Assembly (NCBI RefSeq): GCF_030144855.1
Contig: NC_082718.1
Coordinates: 32,302,001 to 32,366,000, forward strand
Direction: 5' to 3'
Source of the DNA: Hypanus sabinus
Lineage: Eukaryota
Length of the DNA: 64,000 nucleotides
Every line of letters begins with the position of its first letter. The first letter of the stretch is position 1. The position numbers and the translations under genes were made by a program. Below, in pieces: positions 49,699-63,102 of the stretch. The notes beneath the pieces are model-generated. The model was not told the DNA's origin, did no database searches, and worked only from the letters and a program-made list of their open reading frames with translations.

Positions 49699-51666
49699 TA
49701 CCAACAAGACAAACCAGCCACCATACGCGAACCCAGGGCCACTTATATTCCAACCCCAATATGAGAATCAGGTGCCGGTGATTAAGCCCAACTGAAACAA
49801 GGGACAGCCAGAAGACCCGGAGTCCGGAGCACACGGACCAGACCGTGAACCAGAAAGCGGATTTCACGGACCGGACCTTGACACATTTAGAGCCAAAACC
49901 TTTGTTGATTGCAGAACACTTTAGGTTTCACGTGTGGAATCAAAAGGAAGGGGAGTCCATTTCAGCTGAACTGGAGAGATCGAGCATTGCCATTTCAGTG
50001 ATGGGTTTAATGATGCAATGAGAGATCGTTTAGTTTGTGGAATCTTACAAGAAAGTGTTCAAGAATGATTCATAACTGAAGCGCTAACATTTAAAAGAGT
50101 AGTTGAAATACTGTAGCTGTATCAATAGAAAGCAGACAGAGATGTAATTGAGTTGCAGTCTCAGGAATGAAAGAGCATGAACAAAATTGCGACGTTTAAA
50201 CAGGGACCAACCTGGCTGAACAAGTTGTGTTATCATCGCAGCAGGGGCTCACATACACCAAACCAATGCAGGTGCAAAGGTGGAACTTGCAGAAAATGCA
50301 ACAAAGTAAGACAGATACAAGGAGCTGTACCGGGAAGAGAAAAAGATCAAATGTCAGGTTGGAGTTTCTAAAAGAGCACGAATCTGCATGATGAAAAATC
50401 TGATAACGATGAGTGTGACACAGGACTGGGTAGCCTTGAGACTTACAAATGTGAAAAGTAGCAATAGATAAGCAATTTGGTTTACACCAGAAGTGAATGG
50501 TAAATTAATTAAAATGCAATTGGGCTCTGGCTTGGCTGTTTCAGTCATTCTACAAAATGATTTGAACAGCATTTCAAAGATATTGAACTGAAGCCTGCAG
50601 ATTTCCAACTAAGAACTTAAACTGGGAGAAAATATAACTCCTGTGGGAATGATATTCATAACTGTGAGATTTAACAACCAACAAGCCACATTGGCTTGTA
50701 TGTGGTTAGAACAGGAGGGCCAGCATTGTGGGGACATGATTGACTGAGAAAGCTACGATTTGATCGGAAGTCCATCCACCATTTGCATGCTGCACCCCCT
50801 GCAATAGAGTCAACTGAAAGAGAATTAAGAAAGATACTGGATGATGCCACAGCAGTGTTCAAGGATGGCGCTGGAAACCTCAAAAATATCAAAGGTAAAA
50901 TTGTGTTAAATTAAAATGCCTCAACCAAGTTTTACAAAGCCCATCCAGTTCCTTATACCATCCATGTTAAAGTAGCCAGTGACCTGGATTGCTTGACAGC
51001 TGAAGGAATTCTTTCCAAGGTTGAGTGGAATCCATGAGCAATGTTAGCCACAAAGAATGGGACTGTCAGGATCTGTGGTGATTCAATGTCACCATCAACC
51101 CAGTACTGAAAGTAGTTCAATACCCTCTGCCTAGAATAGAGGATATCTTTACAAACCTTACCGGAGGAAGATACTTCAGCAAAGTGGAATTGGCTGAGGC
51201 CTACCTACGGATGGAGATGGAACAAGGGTCCGAAGTGTTTCTCAACATAAGCACTCAGAAAGGGCTTTATCGCTATGATAGGCTTTTAGGAGTAGCATCT
51301 GCACCTGCGCTCTGGCAGAAAGCTCTGGACCAGGTGCTGCAAGGCTGCCCAGGCACTCAGTGTTACCTGGATGATATCATTGTTACTGGAGAGGATGACA
51401 AGGAACATCTCCCAAATCTCAAAATAATGTTAAAAAGATTAGAAGATTAAGGGCTTAGAGCATGACACAAGAAGTGCAAATTCTTTCAACCAAGCATCAC
51501 TTAGTGTGGTCACACCATTGATGGACAAGAATTACACTAATGTGCTGAGAAAATTCAAGCAGTTTGTGGATGCCTCAAAGCCAAAGGACATGTCACAGTT
51601 TTGGTCCTTTTAGGATTTGTTGATTACTATAACAGGTTCCTGTCAAACCTGGCTACCGTGCTCCAC

Positions 51667-52172
51667 TTCTTCTTCTGCTTCTGCTTAGGACTGCGCAAGC
51701 ACTGCCAGGCAGCTGTTATAACGCACTGTCTGTGTGAACGGATTGAGAGTTAAATTGTAAAGTGAGCTGTTTTGATTAGATCCCCTAAATTGATTTGATT
51801 GAGTCTATCTTTAAAAATATTAACGTCACAAATACTGCACAGGTCTGGCGGCAGAAGATTCCACTCTCTTGTTGATCTTGGGTAGAGGGAGTTCTGCTAG
51901 CAAATCTTGTTGAATGAAGGGGTTTCCAGTACGTGAGGTCCAGTTTGCTGTCAAGTTGGACTGACCCTGTGACGAGTTTGGATGTTTGATGGAGTGATGT
52001 TGTGAACTTCTTTGAAAATGAAGATTAACCATAGTTTAGTACGTCGGTTTTCAAGTGGCTCCCTCTGAAGGTTAGAGAGCATATTGGTGACACTGGATTT
52101 CCTGCTGTAATCGTTTAGCACAGAGCGAGCGGCAGGGCATTGGATTTTTTCAATGGACTTCTTATTGTTAGC
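51667..52172 (-). mobile_element. LINE (L2/CR1-clade) 3' fragment nested in Gypsy pol
   Basis: Minus-strand peptide QNSLYPRSTREWNLLP and an (agaagc)n-like tail; Gypsy peptide resumes across it (LATVLH | LNS...KWQWTKQCEVAFQKAK). Confidence 0.65.
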
Positions 52173-55100
52173 TTGAACTCACTACTACTGATCAGGAAGA
52201 AATGGCAATGGACAAAACAGTGTGAGGTGGCTTTCCAAAAGGCAAAGACCCATATCATCCAATGAAATCCTCCTGTGACATCTTGCTTTATGGTATAGGT
52301 GAAGTCATGTCACGTTCCCTTGCCGCTGCAGAGAAAAATTACACACAGACTGACAGGGAGGCCTTGAATCTGGTTAGGGATGTAAGACTTTCCACCAGTA
52401 CTTCTTGCAGGGGGAGAATTTACTCTCATTCCTGATCATCGATCACTGGTGTCCATTTTCAGTCCACAGAGGGGTGTTCCACGAACAGCAGCTGCACGAA
52501 TGCTCTGTTTTTTAGAGAACACAATTACAAGATTGAAGGGGCAACTAATCATGGAAATGCTGATGGATTGTCCCTGTTTATCCTTGGAAAAAAGAAATAA
52601 CTGAAAAATTTAGAAAAAAGGGCACCCCTCTTGACGTATTCTCCCTAATGCAAATCAAAAGTCTCCCTATCATGGCAGAGGTGATCCAAAGGGATCCCAG
52701 AAAAGACCCCTCACTGTCTCAAGTCTATATGGCCATGAAGAATGGCTGGAATGTGCAGCGGAAACTCCAGTTCCCCTATTTTTACCAGTACCGGGATGAA
52801 CTTCCCCTTGACAGTGGTTGCCTTATGTGGGGACTGAGAGTTGTTGTATCATCCAAGTTGAGAGAGGTACAGGTCGGTCATCTTGGCATGATCAAAACAA
52901 AAGCATTTGCTCAAAGCTGTGTCTGGTGGCCTGAGGTAGACCAGCAGGTCGGGCAGCTTGCCATGCCCCATTCGGGATGCCAACGTGTCCACAACAAAAG
53001 TGTCCAGAGCTGTCATAACCACTTCCTTCAGACCCAGAGTCAAGTCCGAGAACCACCACGGAGGAGACTCCAGGATCTGAGATACTTTCACGGCCATATG
53101 TGCGCGCTTCGCTTCAAGTAAAAACAAAGTTGGACATATTATTCCTGGCTCCATGTTCTTATTTCAATTCACTTTTTGTTTCGGAGTTATAAAACATAAG
53201 ATTCCTCTCATTTAGCAACACACAAAAGTGCTGCAGGAACTCAGCAAGTCAGGCAGCAGCTATGGAGGGGAATAAACAGTCCAGGTGATGGGCCAGGACA
53301 CGTCATCATGAAGTCATTTAGTGTGGGTTGCTGAAGATATCCAGCACCTGCAGAACCCCTTGTGCTTGTGATTCCTCTCTAAAATCACAATTAGCTCGTG
53401 GTTCAGCATTCTACTTCATGTATTCACGGAATGTATTAAGTTGTCTTTTGCACACCGGTTGAATGTACAGGTTGGTTATTGGATCTATATTCAACACTGT
53501 CATGTCATCTGCAGAAATTCTCTGATGACTCAGCAATAATTGGGTGTATAACGGGAGGATGAATACAGAGCCCGGGTGGAGGACTTTGTCAAACGGTGCA
53601 AGCTGAATCATCTGCAGCTCAACATCAGTAAGACAAAGGAGATGGCAATGGACTTTAGGAAGACTAAGCCTGGACTACTCCCTATTACTGTTGATGGTGA
53701 GGATGTGGATGTGGTGAGGACCTACAAGTACCTGGGGATGCAATTAATGTGTTTGAATGTAATAGAACAGTACAGAAGCATTGACCATCTATGTAAAGTA
53801 TGAAAAGGCATTGAATGGTTATTCTTGTAAATGATTTTTTTAATTGTGAATAAGGCTTATTTTGTTTATATAAAATCTGGTTCTGGAGGGGTAAGCCTGA
53901 GGTTCAGATGGCTGAGGCCTGGTTACAGCTTGCAGTGTAATCTGCTCAACGATAGTCATGAACCTTGGGCCTCAGGCTGTTGGCAGCCACGCAGCCATAA
54001 GGCTGTAGGGCTAGCAGAGGTGGGCACGGGCATCGGGTCGCATCAGGTGCTCTCCGGCCCTGTAATTGCATGTCATTTACTGTTCCAGTATTACTTCCAA
54101 ATTATTCCTTCACTTTGGCTCAGTAAGGTTTACAATACAACTGCGTAGAATGCCAATGCAGTAAAATTAATCATAATTCAAGAACCATATCATGGAAGCA
54201 TAGTGTTTCACCACGGTAGTGTAGCGGTTAGCGTGACACTGCTACAGTTCGAGGTGTTGGAGTTCAGAGTTCGGAGTTCAATTCTGGTGGCCTCCTCTGT
54301 AAGGAATCATTGTAGATCCTCTGCATGGAATATGTGGTGTTTTCCCCAGTCCTCTGGTTTCCTCCCACAGTCCAAAGATATACCAGAAGGGTTAATTAGT
54401 CATTGTAAGTTGTTCCGTGATTAAGTTAGGGCTAAATTGGGGTTATTGGGTGATGCTGGGCAGTGCTGCTCGAAGGAGCACAAAGGCCTATTCTACCTTG
54501 TATCTCTAAATAATTAATAAATAAATGCATATTGAGTTGCCTCAACCTTCAACCTAAAGTGCATCAACGGACTATTAATTAGTTATTCATACTCTGAACC
54601 CCCCCATAGAGTGACTATGGTTAATTTCTTAAACTAGAAATTGTTGCCGGGTCCAACTATGCCTGGTAACTTTGAATTGTGTGTCAATCTTTCTAAGTGA
54701 TAACTAAAATTCATTTTTGACAATCTAAGAACTGTTTTAAATGAAGGAAGCTTCTATGATAATATAGTAACAAGCAATGAACCCAATCTGAACCAAGCCA
54801 TTGGGGCCATGTGGGTATTGAAGTCATTTTATAAAGACAGTGCAGCTTCTTTGTTCAGTCCCACGTTAGGGTAACAGTGTTCAACATCCAGACACTGTTA
54901 CCATAGTAACACACCAGCGTTCCCACACTTGATGTTCACATGCCCACAATGACATAGAGCTTCAAACAATGACCATGTTTGCTGTATTCATGTGAAGTGC
55001 ATCTTGTCAACAATATTTCTTGGATAAGTATTTTCACTATTTTGTATTTATTTACACTGGCCCTTCTGGCCCCATAGGCCTCACCACCAAGCAACCCGTC

Positions 55101-55631
55101 TAATTTCAGTCCTAGCCTAATCACAGGACGATTTACAATGACCAGTTAGCGTACTGAACGGTACTGTCTTTGGACTGTGGGAGGAAATCGGAGCACCCAG
55201 AGGAAGCACATGTTGCACATGGGAAGAACCTAGAAACTTCCTTTCAGAGGCTGCTGGAATTGAACTCCGAACTCTGACGCCCACTGCTGTAATAGTGACT
55301 TCTGTGCTGCCGTGGTGCCTCATACATTACTTCCATGGGTTCCACTTCTTTAACATTTTAATGTGATTTCAAACAAATTAATTATGCATATCATTTCCTT
55401 TGATAGTGCAGCTTGTATTAATTATTTATCTGACAGCCAGTGACAACTGACATTACATGGACTTGTTGTGATTGTTATATTTAGTAACATCAAAACATGA
55501 AACTAATTCAAGAAAAACATGGGAATCCAGGAATGCAGGTCTAAACTCCATCTTAACTTTAAGTGAGGCACGTACATTATCACAATTAATGTATTTAACT
55601 TATAACCTGTAATTACTTATTTAAATGAACA

Positions 55632-55766
55632 NNNNNNNNNNNNNNNNNNNNNNNNNNNNNNNNNNNNNNNNNNNNNNNNNNNNNNNNNNNNNNNNNNNNN
55701 NNNNNNNNNNNNNNNNNNNNNNNNNNNNNNNNNNNNNNNNNNNNNNNNNNNNNNNNNNNNNNNNNN
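55632..55766. other. Assembly gap (N run)
   Basis: Run of n characters. Confidence 0.99.
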
Positions 55767-56639
55767 TTCTCTACATGTACATATATATCAGGCTTCTGTT
55801 AGTCTCAAGAGATGGACCATGGATTTGTGCCTTGGAAAGTTTCCAGTGTGCAGGCCTGGGCAAGGTTGTATGGAAGACCAGCAGTTGCCCAAGCTGCAAG
55901 TCTCCCCTCTCCACGCCACCCATGTTGTTCAAGGGAAGGGCAAGGGCCGATACAGCTTGGCACCAGTGTTGTCGCAGAGCAATGTATGGTTAAGTGCCTT
56001 GCTCAAGGACACAACACAGCCTTAGCTGAGGCTTGAACTAGCGACCTTCAGATCACTAGACCAACGCCTTAACCACTTGGCCATGCGCCAACACACATGA
56101 TCACTCAAATGTTATTGAAATATTAAATGGACAACAGTAACTTTGACAAAGACTGACCTTCTTGGGCTGATATGCACAAAATGCTGGGGGAGCTCAGTGG
56201 GTCAGGCAGCATTTGTGGAAATTAATAAACAGTCAACGTTTTGGGCTGAGACCCTTCTTCAAGACTGGAAAGGAAGGGGGAATGTGCCAGATAAAAAGGC
56301 AGACAGAGGTGAAGAAGGATAGTTAGAAGGTGATAGGTGAAACCAGGTGAGTGGGAAAGGTGAAGGGCTGGAGAGGAAGGAAACTGATAGGAGAGGGGAG
56401 TGGATCATAAGGGAAAGGGAAGGAGGAGGGGCACCGGGGGAGGCGATAGACAGGTGAGGAGAAGAGGTAAGAGGCCAGGTGGGGAGTAGAAGGAAGAAGA
56501 GTGAGAAATCAATATTCATGCCATCTGGTGAGAGGCTATCTAGATGAATATGAGGTGTTGCTTCTCCACCCTGAGAGTGGCCCTATTGTGGCAAAAGAGG
56601 AGGTTGTGCACCATTTCAGGGAAGGGAAGGGGCAGAGTG

Positions 56640-59175
56640 GTGCCAGGGTAGGGGGGTTAGATAACAGTTAACAGTTGGGAGAGTGACATCCAAGGATAAA
56701 CATTGTATTGAAAGGACAGGCAGGTATGCAGAAGGGGTGGGGCAGCTCTGTGGGTAAAATATGAAAGCAAATCCTTGGAAAGAGGTGACATAGGATTGGA
56801 AGATGCAGAATCCTTGTGAGTAGAGTTATGAAACTGCAACGGTAAAAAAGGCTCTGATACAAGTGATATACAGGCCTCTGAACAGTAGCCAGGATGTGGG
56901 CTACAAATGACAACACGAGATAGAGAAGGCATGTAATAAGGGCAATGTTATGATAGTCATTTGGGGATTTCAATATGCAGCTAGATTGTAACAATCAGGT
57001 TGGTGCTGGATCCCAAGAGGGGGCATTTGAGAATGCCTACAATGTGGCTTTTTAGAGCAGCTTGCAGTTGAGCCCTCTAGGGGAACAGCAGTTCTGAACT
57101 GGGTGTTGTGTAATGAACCAGATTTGATTAGGGAGCTTAAAGGAAAGGAACCCTTAGGAGGCCGTGATCATAATATGATAGAATTCACCCTGCAGTTTGA
57201 GAGGGACAAACTAAAGTCAGGTGTATCTGTATTACGGTGGATTAAAGGGAATTACAGAGGCATGAGAAAGGATCTGACCAAACTTGATTGGAAGGGAACA
57301 CTAGCAGGGATGATGGCAGAACAACAATGACTGGGGTTTATGGGGGAAATTTGGAAGGTACAGTCAAAATAAATCCCAAGAATGAAGAAATTTTCCCAAG
57401 AGAGGATGTGGCAACTGTGGCTGACAAGGGAAGACAAAGAAAGCATTAAAGCAAAAGAGAGGGCATGTAATAAAGCAAATATTTAGTGGTAAGGTAGAGG
57501 ATTGGGAAGCTTTTAAAAATCAACAGAAAGCAACTAAAGAAGCCATAATGAGAGACAAGATGAAATATGAAGTTAAGCGGGCCAGTAATTTAAAAGCAAT
57601 GCCAGAAGTTTTATCAGATATATAAAGAATAAAGAAGAAGCGAGAGTAGATATCGGACCACTGGAAAATGACTATGGAGAGGTAGTAATGGGGACAAAGA
57701 AATGGCAGAGGAACTGGAAGAACTTAATAAGTATTTTACATCAGTCTTCGTGGCTGATAACAATAGCAGAATGCCAGAAATGCAAAAGTTTCACGGGACA
57801 GAAGTAAGTGTTGTTGTTATTACTAAGGAGAAGGTTCTTGAAAAGCTGAAAAGCCTGAAGCTACAGTACTATGCAAAAGTCAGTATATTTTTTATATGAT
57901 TTCACATGATATGGCCTCCGCAGAGCCCTGATCTCAATATTATCGAGGCTGTCAGGGATTACCTGGAGAGACAGCCAAAGTCTGCAGAAGAACTTGAACA
58001 AGATGCTTGGAACAACTTACCAGCTGATTTTCTTATAAAACTGCATGACTTTTCATTTGATTATCTTTGAAAGCATCTTCACTTTACAGAATTTTTGACA
58101 TGTGCCTAGGACTTTTGCACAATACTGTAATTAAGTCACCTGGACCTGATGGACTACACCCCAGGGTTCTGAAGGAGTAAGCCGAAGAAACTGTGAAGTC
58201 ATTAGCAATGATTTTTCAAGAATTACTAGATTCTGGAATGGTTCTGGAGGACTGGAACATTGCAAATGTCACTCCACTCTTTAAGAAAGGAGGGGAACAG
58301 AAGAAAGTAAATTAGCCTGATCTCAGTGGGTGGAAAATGGTAGGGGTCTGTTATTTAGAATGAGGTTTTGGTATACTTGGAGACACCTGATAAAATAGGC
58401 CAAAGTCAGCATGGTTTTCTATTGGGGAAATCTTTCCTGACAAATCTGTTGAAATTCTCTGAGGAAGTAACAGGTTGGATAGACAAAGGAGAGTTAGTGG
58501 ATGTTGTTTATTTGGATTTTCAGAAGGCCTTTGACAAGGTGCCACACATGAGGCTGCTCAACAAGAGGCCAAGTTATTACAGGAAAGGTAGTAGTATGGA
58601 TAGAAGGTTGGATGACTGCCAGGAGGCAAAGAGGGAATAAAGAGAGTCTTTTATGATCAGTTGTCAGTGACAAGTGGTGTGCCACAGGGATTGGTGTTGG
58701 GGCCATTTTCACTTTATATGTCAATGATTTGGATGAAGGAATTGATGGCTCAAGGTCAGGTTTGTGGGTGAGGAAGCAGGGTGTCTACAGAAGGACAGAC
58801 AGATTGGGGGATGTGGCAGAAGTGGCAGATGGAATACAGTGTAAGAAAGTGCATGGTTGTGCACTTTCATAGAAGGAATAAAGGCGTGGAATATTTTCTA
58901 AATGGGGAGAAAATTCATAAATAAAAGATGCAGAGGGACTGGTGAGGAAGGCAAATGCAATATTAACATGCATTTCAGGAGGACTAGGATATAAAAACAA
59001 GGAAAAAATGCTGAGGCTTTATAAGGCATTGGTCAGATAGTTTATTTAAAATGGAGGTTGATAGACTGTTCATAAATCAGGTTGTTAAAGGTTACAGGGA
59101 GAAGGTAGGAGAATGGAGTTGAGAGGGGTAAAAATCAGGCATGATGAAATGGCGGAGCAGACTCAATGGGCCGAA
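56640..59175 (+). mobile_element. Decayed CR1 LINE ORF2 (APE endonuclease and RT parts)
   Basis: GDFN, LGGRDHNMIEF, KSPGPDGLHPRVL, SQHGF, VDVVYLDFQKAFDKVPH motifs with multiple lesions. Confidence 0.88.
57864..58127 (+). mobile_element. Internally deleted Tc1 element nested in CR1
   Basis: TA-flanked TIRs cagtactatgcaaaagtc / gacttttgcacaatactg; peptide WPPQSPDLNIIEAV (DD34E-region motif). Confidence 0.85.
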
Positions 59176-59324
59176 TAATTACTTGCACTTGACGAAGACA
59201 GAAACTCATCTCTATAGGCAGATGACGATGTTCGAGAAATTAAATGGCTACCAACCACTTCCAAACAGAGAAACTGCAAGTTGTCTGTGATCAAAAACAT
59301 TGAGGGAAAAGGTGTGTCTTCACT

Positions 59325-60562
59325 GGCATAGGAGTAGTCCCAGAAGATCGGAGGATGGCAAATGAATTGGAATCAGAATCAGGTTTAATATCACCGACAT
59401 ATGTCATGAAATTTGTTGTCTTTGTGGCAGTAGTATGGTGCAATATATAATGATTAAAACTGAATTACATAGGTAACAATTATATAGTTAAATAAGTAGT
59501 GCAAAATGAGTAGTGAGGTATTGTTCATGGGTTCAATGTCCAATCAGAAATCTAATGGTAGAGGGGAAGAAGCTGTTCCTGAATCATTGAGTGTGAGCCT
59601 ACAGGCTTCTGTACCTTCTCCCAGATGGTAGCAATGAGAAGAAGGCATGTCCTGGGTGATGGGGGTCCTTAATGATGGATGCTGCCTTTTTGAGGTATTG
59701 TTCCTTAAAAAAGTCCTGGATGTTACAGAGGCTAGTGTTATTCCTTTGTTCAAGAAAGGTATTAGAGATAGCCCTGGGAATTATGGACCAGTGAGTCTCA
59801 TGTCAGTGGTGGGCAAACTATTGGAGAGCATTTGTAGAGGCAGAATTTACGAGCATTTCTTGAAGCATAGTTTGATTAGGGATAGTCAGCATGGCTTTGT
59901 GAGGGGCCAGTCATACCTCACAAGCGATTGAATTCTTTGAGGAAGTGACCAAAACAAACTGAAGGTAGAGCAGTGGATGTGGTGCGTGTAAATTTTAGTA
60001 AGGCATTGACAAGTTTCCCAGTGGTCGGCTCATTCAGGATGTCAGGAGGCATGGGATCCAGCCTTACATAGATTTAGAACTGGCTTCCCTACAGAAGGCA
60101 GAAGGTGGTAGTAGATGGAGTGTATTCTGCCTGGGGATTAGTGACCAATGGTGTCCTGCAGGCATCTCTTCTTGGACCCCTGATCCTTGATGAGGAACTG
60201 TAAGGGTGGGTTAGTAATTTTGCAGCTGACGTGAATTTTGGTGCCGTTGTGTAGAAGGTTGTTGTAGGTTACAACAGGACATTGACAGGATGTAGAGCTG
60301 GGCTGAGAAGTGGCAGATGGAGTTCAACCCAGAAAAATGTAAAGTCGAATTTGGAAGGCCAAACTTGAAGGCAGAGTACAGGGTTAATGGCAGGATTCTT
60401 AGCAGTGGGGGGGGGGGGGAAACACATGGATCTTGGGGTTAATATCCATAGATCCTCAAAGTTGCCACACAAGTTGATAGGTTGTTAAGAAGGCATATGG
60501 TGTGTTGGCCTTAATTAGTCGGGGATTAGGTTTGAGAGTCACGAGGTAATGCTGCAGCTATA
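59325..60562 (+). mobile_element. CR1 RT fragment interrupted by a Rex1/Babar fragment
   Basis: VIPLFKKGIRDSPGNYGPVSLMSVVGKLLE...SQHGFVRG; WAEKWQMEFNP. Confidence 0.8.
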
Positions 60563-61874
60563 CTGTTGGTTCGTTATAAGCCGTGTTGCAGGATGTGGTT
60601 GATCAGGCTCTTTCATCTTCGTCCATGACCATGATTGTTTTTGGCAAATTTTTCTACAGAAGTGGTTTGCCATTGCCTTCTTCTGGGCAGTGTCTTTACA
60701 AGACGGGTGACCCCATCCATTATAAATATTCTTCAAAGATTGTCTACCTGGTGTCAGTGGTCGCATAACCAGGACCGTGATAGGCACCGGCTGCTCATAC
60801 CACCATCCACCACCTGCCCCCATGGCTTCACTGGACCCTGATCACCGGAGTGGGGGTGGGGGGTCTAAGCAGGTGCTACACCTTGCCCACAGGTGACCTA
60901 TAGACCAGTGGAGGGAAGGAGTGCATTACACCTCCTTTGGCAGAGACGTATCTCCACCCCTGTCACCTATGCAGCTTTATAAATGTGTTACTTTTATAAG
61001 TTATGTTAAAAGCCAATGGTCAGTTATCGTTGCTTCTGTATAAGATGGGTTCCATGGGAACTGAAGTTTCAAAGGCAATATACCTAAGGACAGAGCACAG
61101 AATTGAGAGTAATTCAAAACACACTGTTCGCAGGGACAAGGTCATATTAACTCTAAAATATTTTAATAGTGCTCTTAAGCAATATATTTATTATAGATCT
61201 CTTTACTTTGATAACAATGAGCACTTAACTATAAATAACTTCAACTGTAAATTCTGATAATCACTATTATTGACAGTCACTGATATTAATACAGATTTAC
61301 ATTGTTATATTAAATTACAAGTATGGCCACTACCACTAGTTTAGAATATTTCTGTACTATATTGACGGATTGCTTCAACGACTTAAAGAGCACAATTACA
61401 TTTCTTTTTGGTTGCTGCTCCACCTTAGTATTTAATGTTGTTGATATGTGGGTGTTGGCGCTGGTTTCATTCAGTGGCTTTTTTCATGATTGGACACGGA
61501 AGTGTTAATCCATTCACTTTGCATTTTGTGAGCTTCCTAACTAAAGGGCAAGAAGAGGGTGTAATTTGGATCGAAGCTGTTGAGATATTTCGGGACTCAG
61601 AAAACTGACTTGGCCATTATACAGTTCTGGTGCTAATCTGAATTGCTAATTCCCTAGTGATTCCTTGGTGCAGTATACAAAATGTCTGCGAAAGATTCAT
61701 CTCGTACTGTGCTGTATAATAACCAAGCTACTATACCTAACTAATAAGTCCAAGATCAACAGATACCTAAACTCAACAATACTCTCTTTAAAATCCTTCT
61801 TTTCTGGTCTCCTACTTCCCTGACCCAATCCCTTCAATTTGGGACAAAGAAATGGTGGATGAACGTAATAAGTA

Positions 61875-62275
61875 CCTTGCATTAATCTTCACTGTGGAAG
61901 ACACTGGGTGTGTGCTTGAAGTGCACGAGTATCAGGGAGCAGGAGTGAGTGCCATTGCTATTACAAAGGAAAAGTGTTAGGCAAACTGAAAGGTCTTAAG
62001 GCGGTTAAGTCGCCTGGACCAGATGGACTACATCCCAGAGTTCTAAAAGAAGTTGCTGAAGAAATGGCAGACACATCTTTCAAGAATCTCTTGATACTGA
62101 CATATTTCTGGAGGTTTGGAAAATTGCAAATGTCATTCCACTCTTTAAGAAGGGAGGAAGGCAAAAGAAAGGATATTATAGGCCAGTTGGCCTAACCTCA
62201 GTGGTTGGGAAAGTGGTGGAGTCTATTATTAGGACGAGGTTTCGGGGTACTTGGAGACTAATGATAAAACAAGTT
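61875..62275 (+). mobile_element. CR1 fragment
   Basis: LGKLKGLKAVKSPGPDGLHPRVLKEVAEE. Confidence 0.8.
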
Positions 62276-62669
62276 CTATCATTCTGTGATTCTGGGATTG
62301 AACTCTGAACTCTGATGCCCCAAGCTGTAATAGCGTTATGCTAACCGCTACATACCATAGCTCCTAAACCTCACCCTTTAATGTGCATCCTTTATTAAAA
62401 AAAACTACGTTTAGACATGCAGGCAAATAGTTGTCAATAACTTATTTTGGTCAAGTTCCTAATATATCAAGCGTGCAAGATCATAGACTAAATGGCCTGG
62501 CCAATCCTGCACTGTTCTGAATTCTGTATATTGTCAATGTTTGGAAACTTCAGGAGATCCAGGAGGAAAATTATTCTGTGAAATTTGGTTGTGGTTTGAA
62601 ATTCCTTTCCCTGTTGCTTTCATGGAAATTTGATGGCTAAACAGACTGTTAACATTGTTAAGGAAGGTA

Positions 62670-63102
62670 CTGCCATTCCATCATGGCTGATTTATTATCC
62701 CTCTCAATCCCATTCTCCTGCCTTCTTCCTGTAACGTTTGACGCTCGGATTAATCAACCTTCGCTTTAAATATGCCCAGTGTTTTGGCCCCCACAGCCGC
62801 CTGTGGCAATGAAATCCACAGATTCACCATCCACTGGCCAAAGAAATTCCTCCTCATCCAAGTTCTAAATGGACATCCCTGTATTCTGAGGCTGTGCCCT
62901 TTAGTTCTAGATCCCCCCACTATAGGAAATACCCTCTCCACATCCACTCTCTTTAGGCCTTTCAATATTCGTAGGTTTCAGAGAGAACTCCTCATTCTTC
63001 TAAACTCCAGTGAATACAGGCCCAGAGCCATCAAATGCTGGTCATATGTTAACCCTTTCATTCCCCGGGATCATATTCGTGATCCTCCTCTGGACCCTCT
63101 CA
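62670..63102 (-). mobile_element. CR1 3' fragment; others ~25395-25775(-) and ~63620-64000(-)
   Basis: KGHSLRIQGCPFRTWMRRNFFGQWMVNLWISLP is the CR1 ORF2 C-terminus. Confidence 0.8.

Larger units (their letters stand above)
47522..49883 (-). mobile_element. 2.36-kb solo LTR (or non-autonomous LTR element) inserted into Gypsy gag
   Basis: TGTCA...TGACA termini; perfect 5-bp TSD cattt (47517-47521 / 49884-49888); gag peptide resumes across it; TATAA on the minus strand at ~49743-49747. Orientation is inferred. Confidence 0.85.
47446..53196 (+). mobile_element. Decayed Ty3/Gypsy LTR retrotransposon (gag-PR-RT-RH-IN) with nested insertions
   Basis: gag LLRSLTAPIKPAKMSF...EHLEPKPLLIAEHFRFH...RDRLVCGI; protease IWFTPEVNGKLIKMQLGSG (catalytic Asp lost); RT YLDD (51184-51450); integrase Zn-finger region HLGMIKTKAFAQSCVWWP (52648-53000); many stops and frameshifts; probable LTR remnant ending ...aaaaca at 53196. 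Confidence 0.88.

Noticed and set aside
55473-56136. Solo LTR related to the Gypsy 3' remnant at ~53100-53196
   Set aside because: Similarity is weak, the region spans an assembly gap, and no convincing TSD was found.
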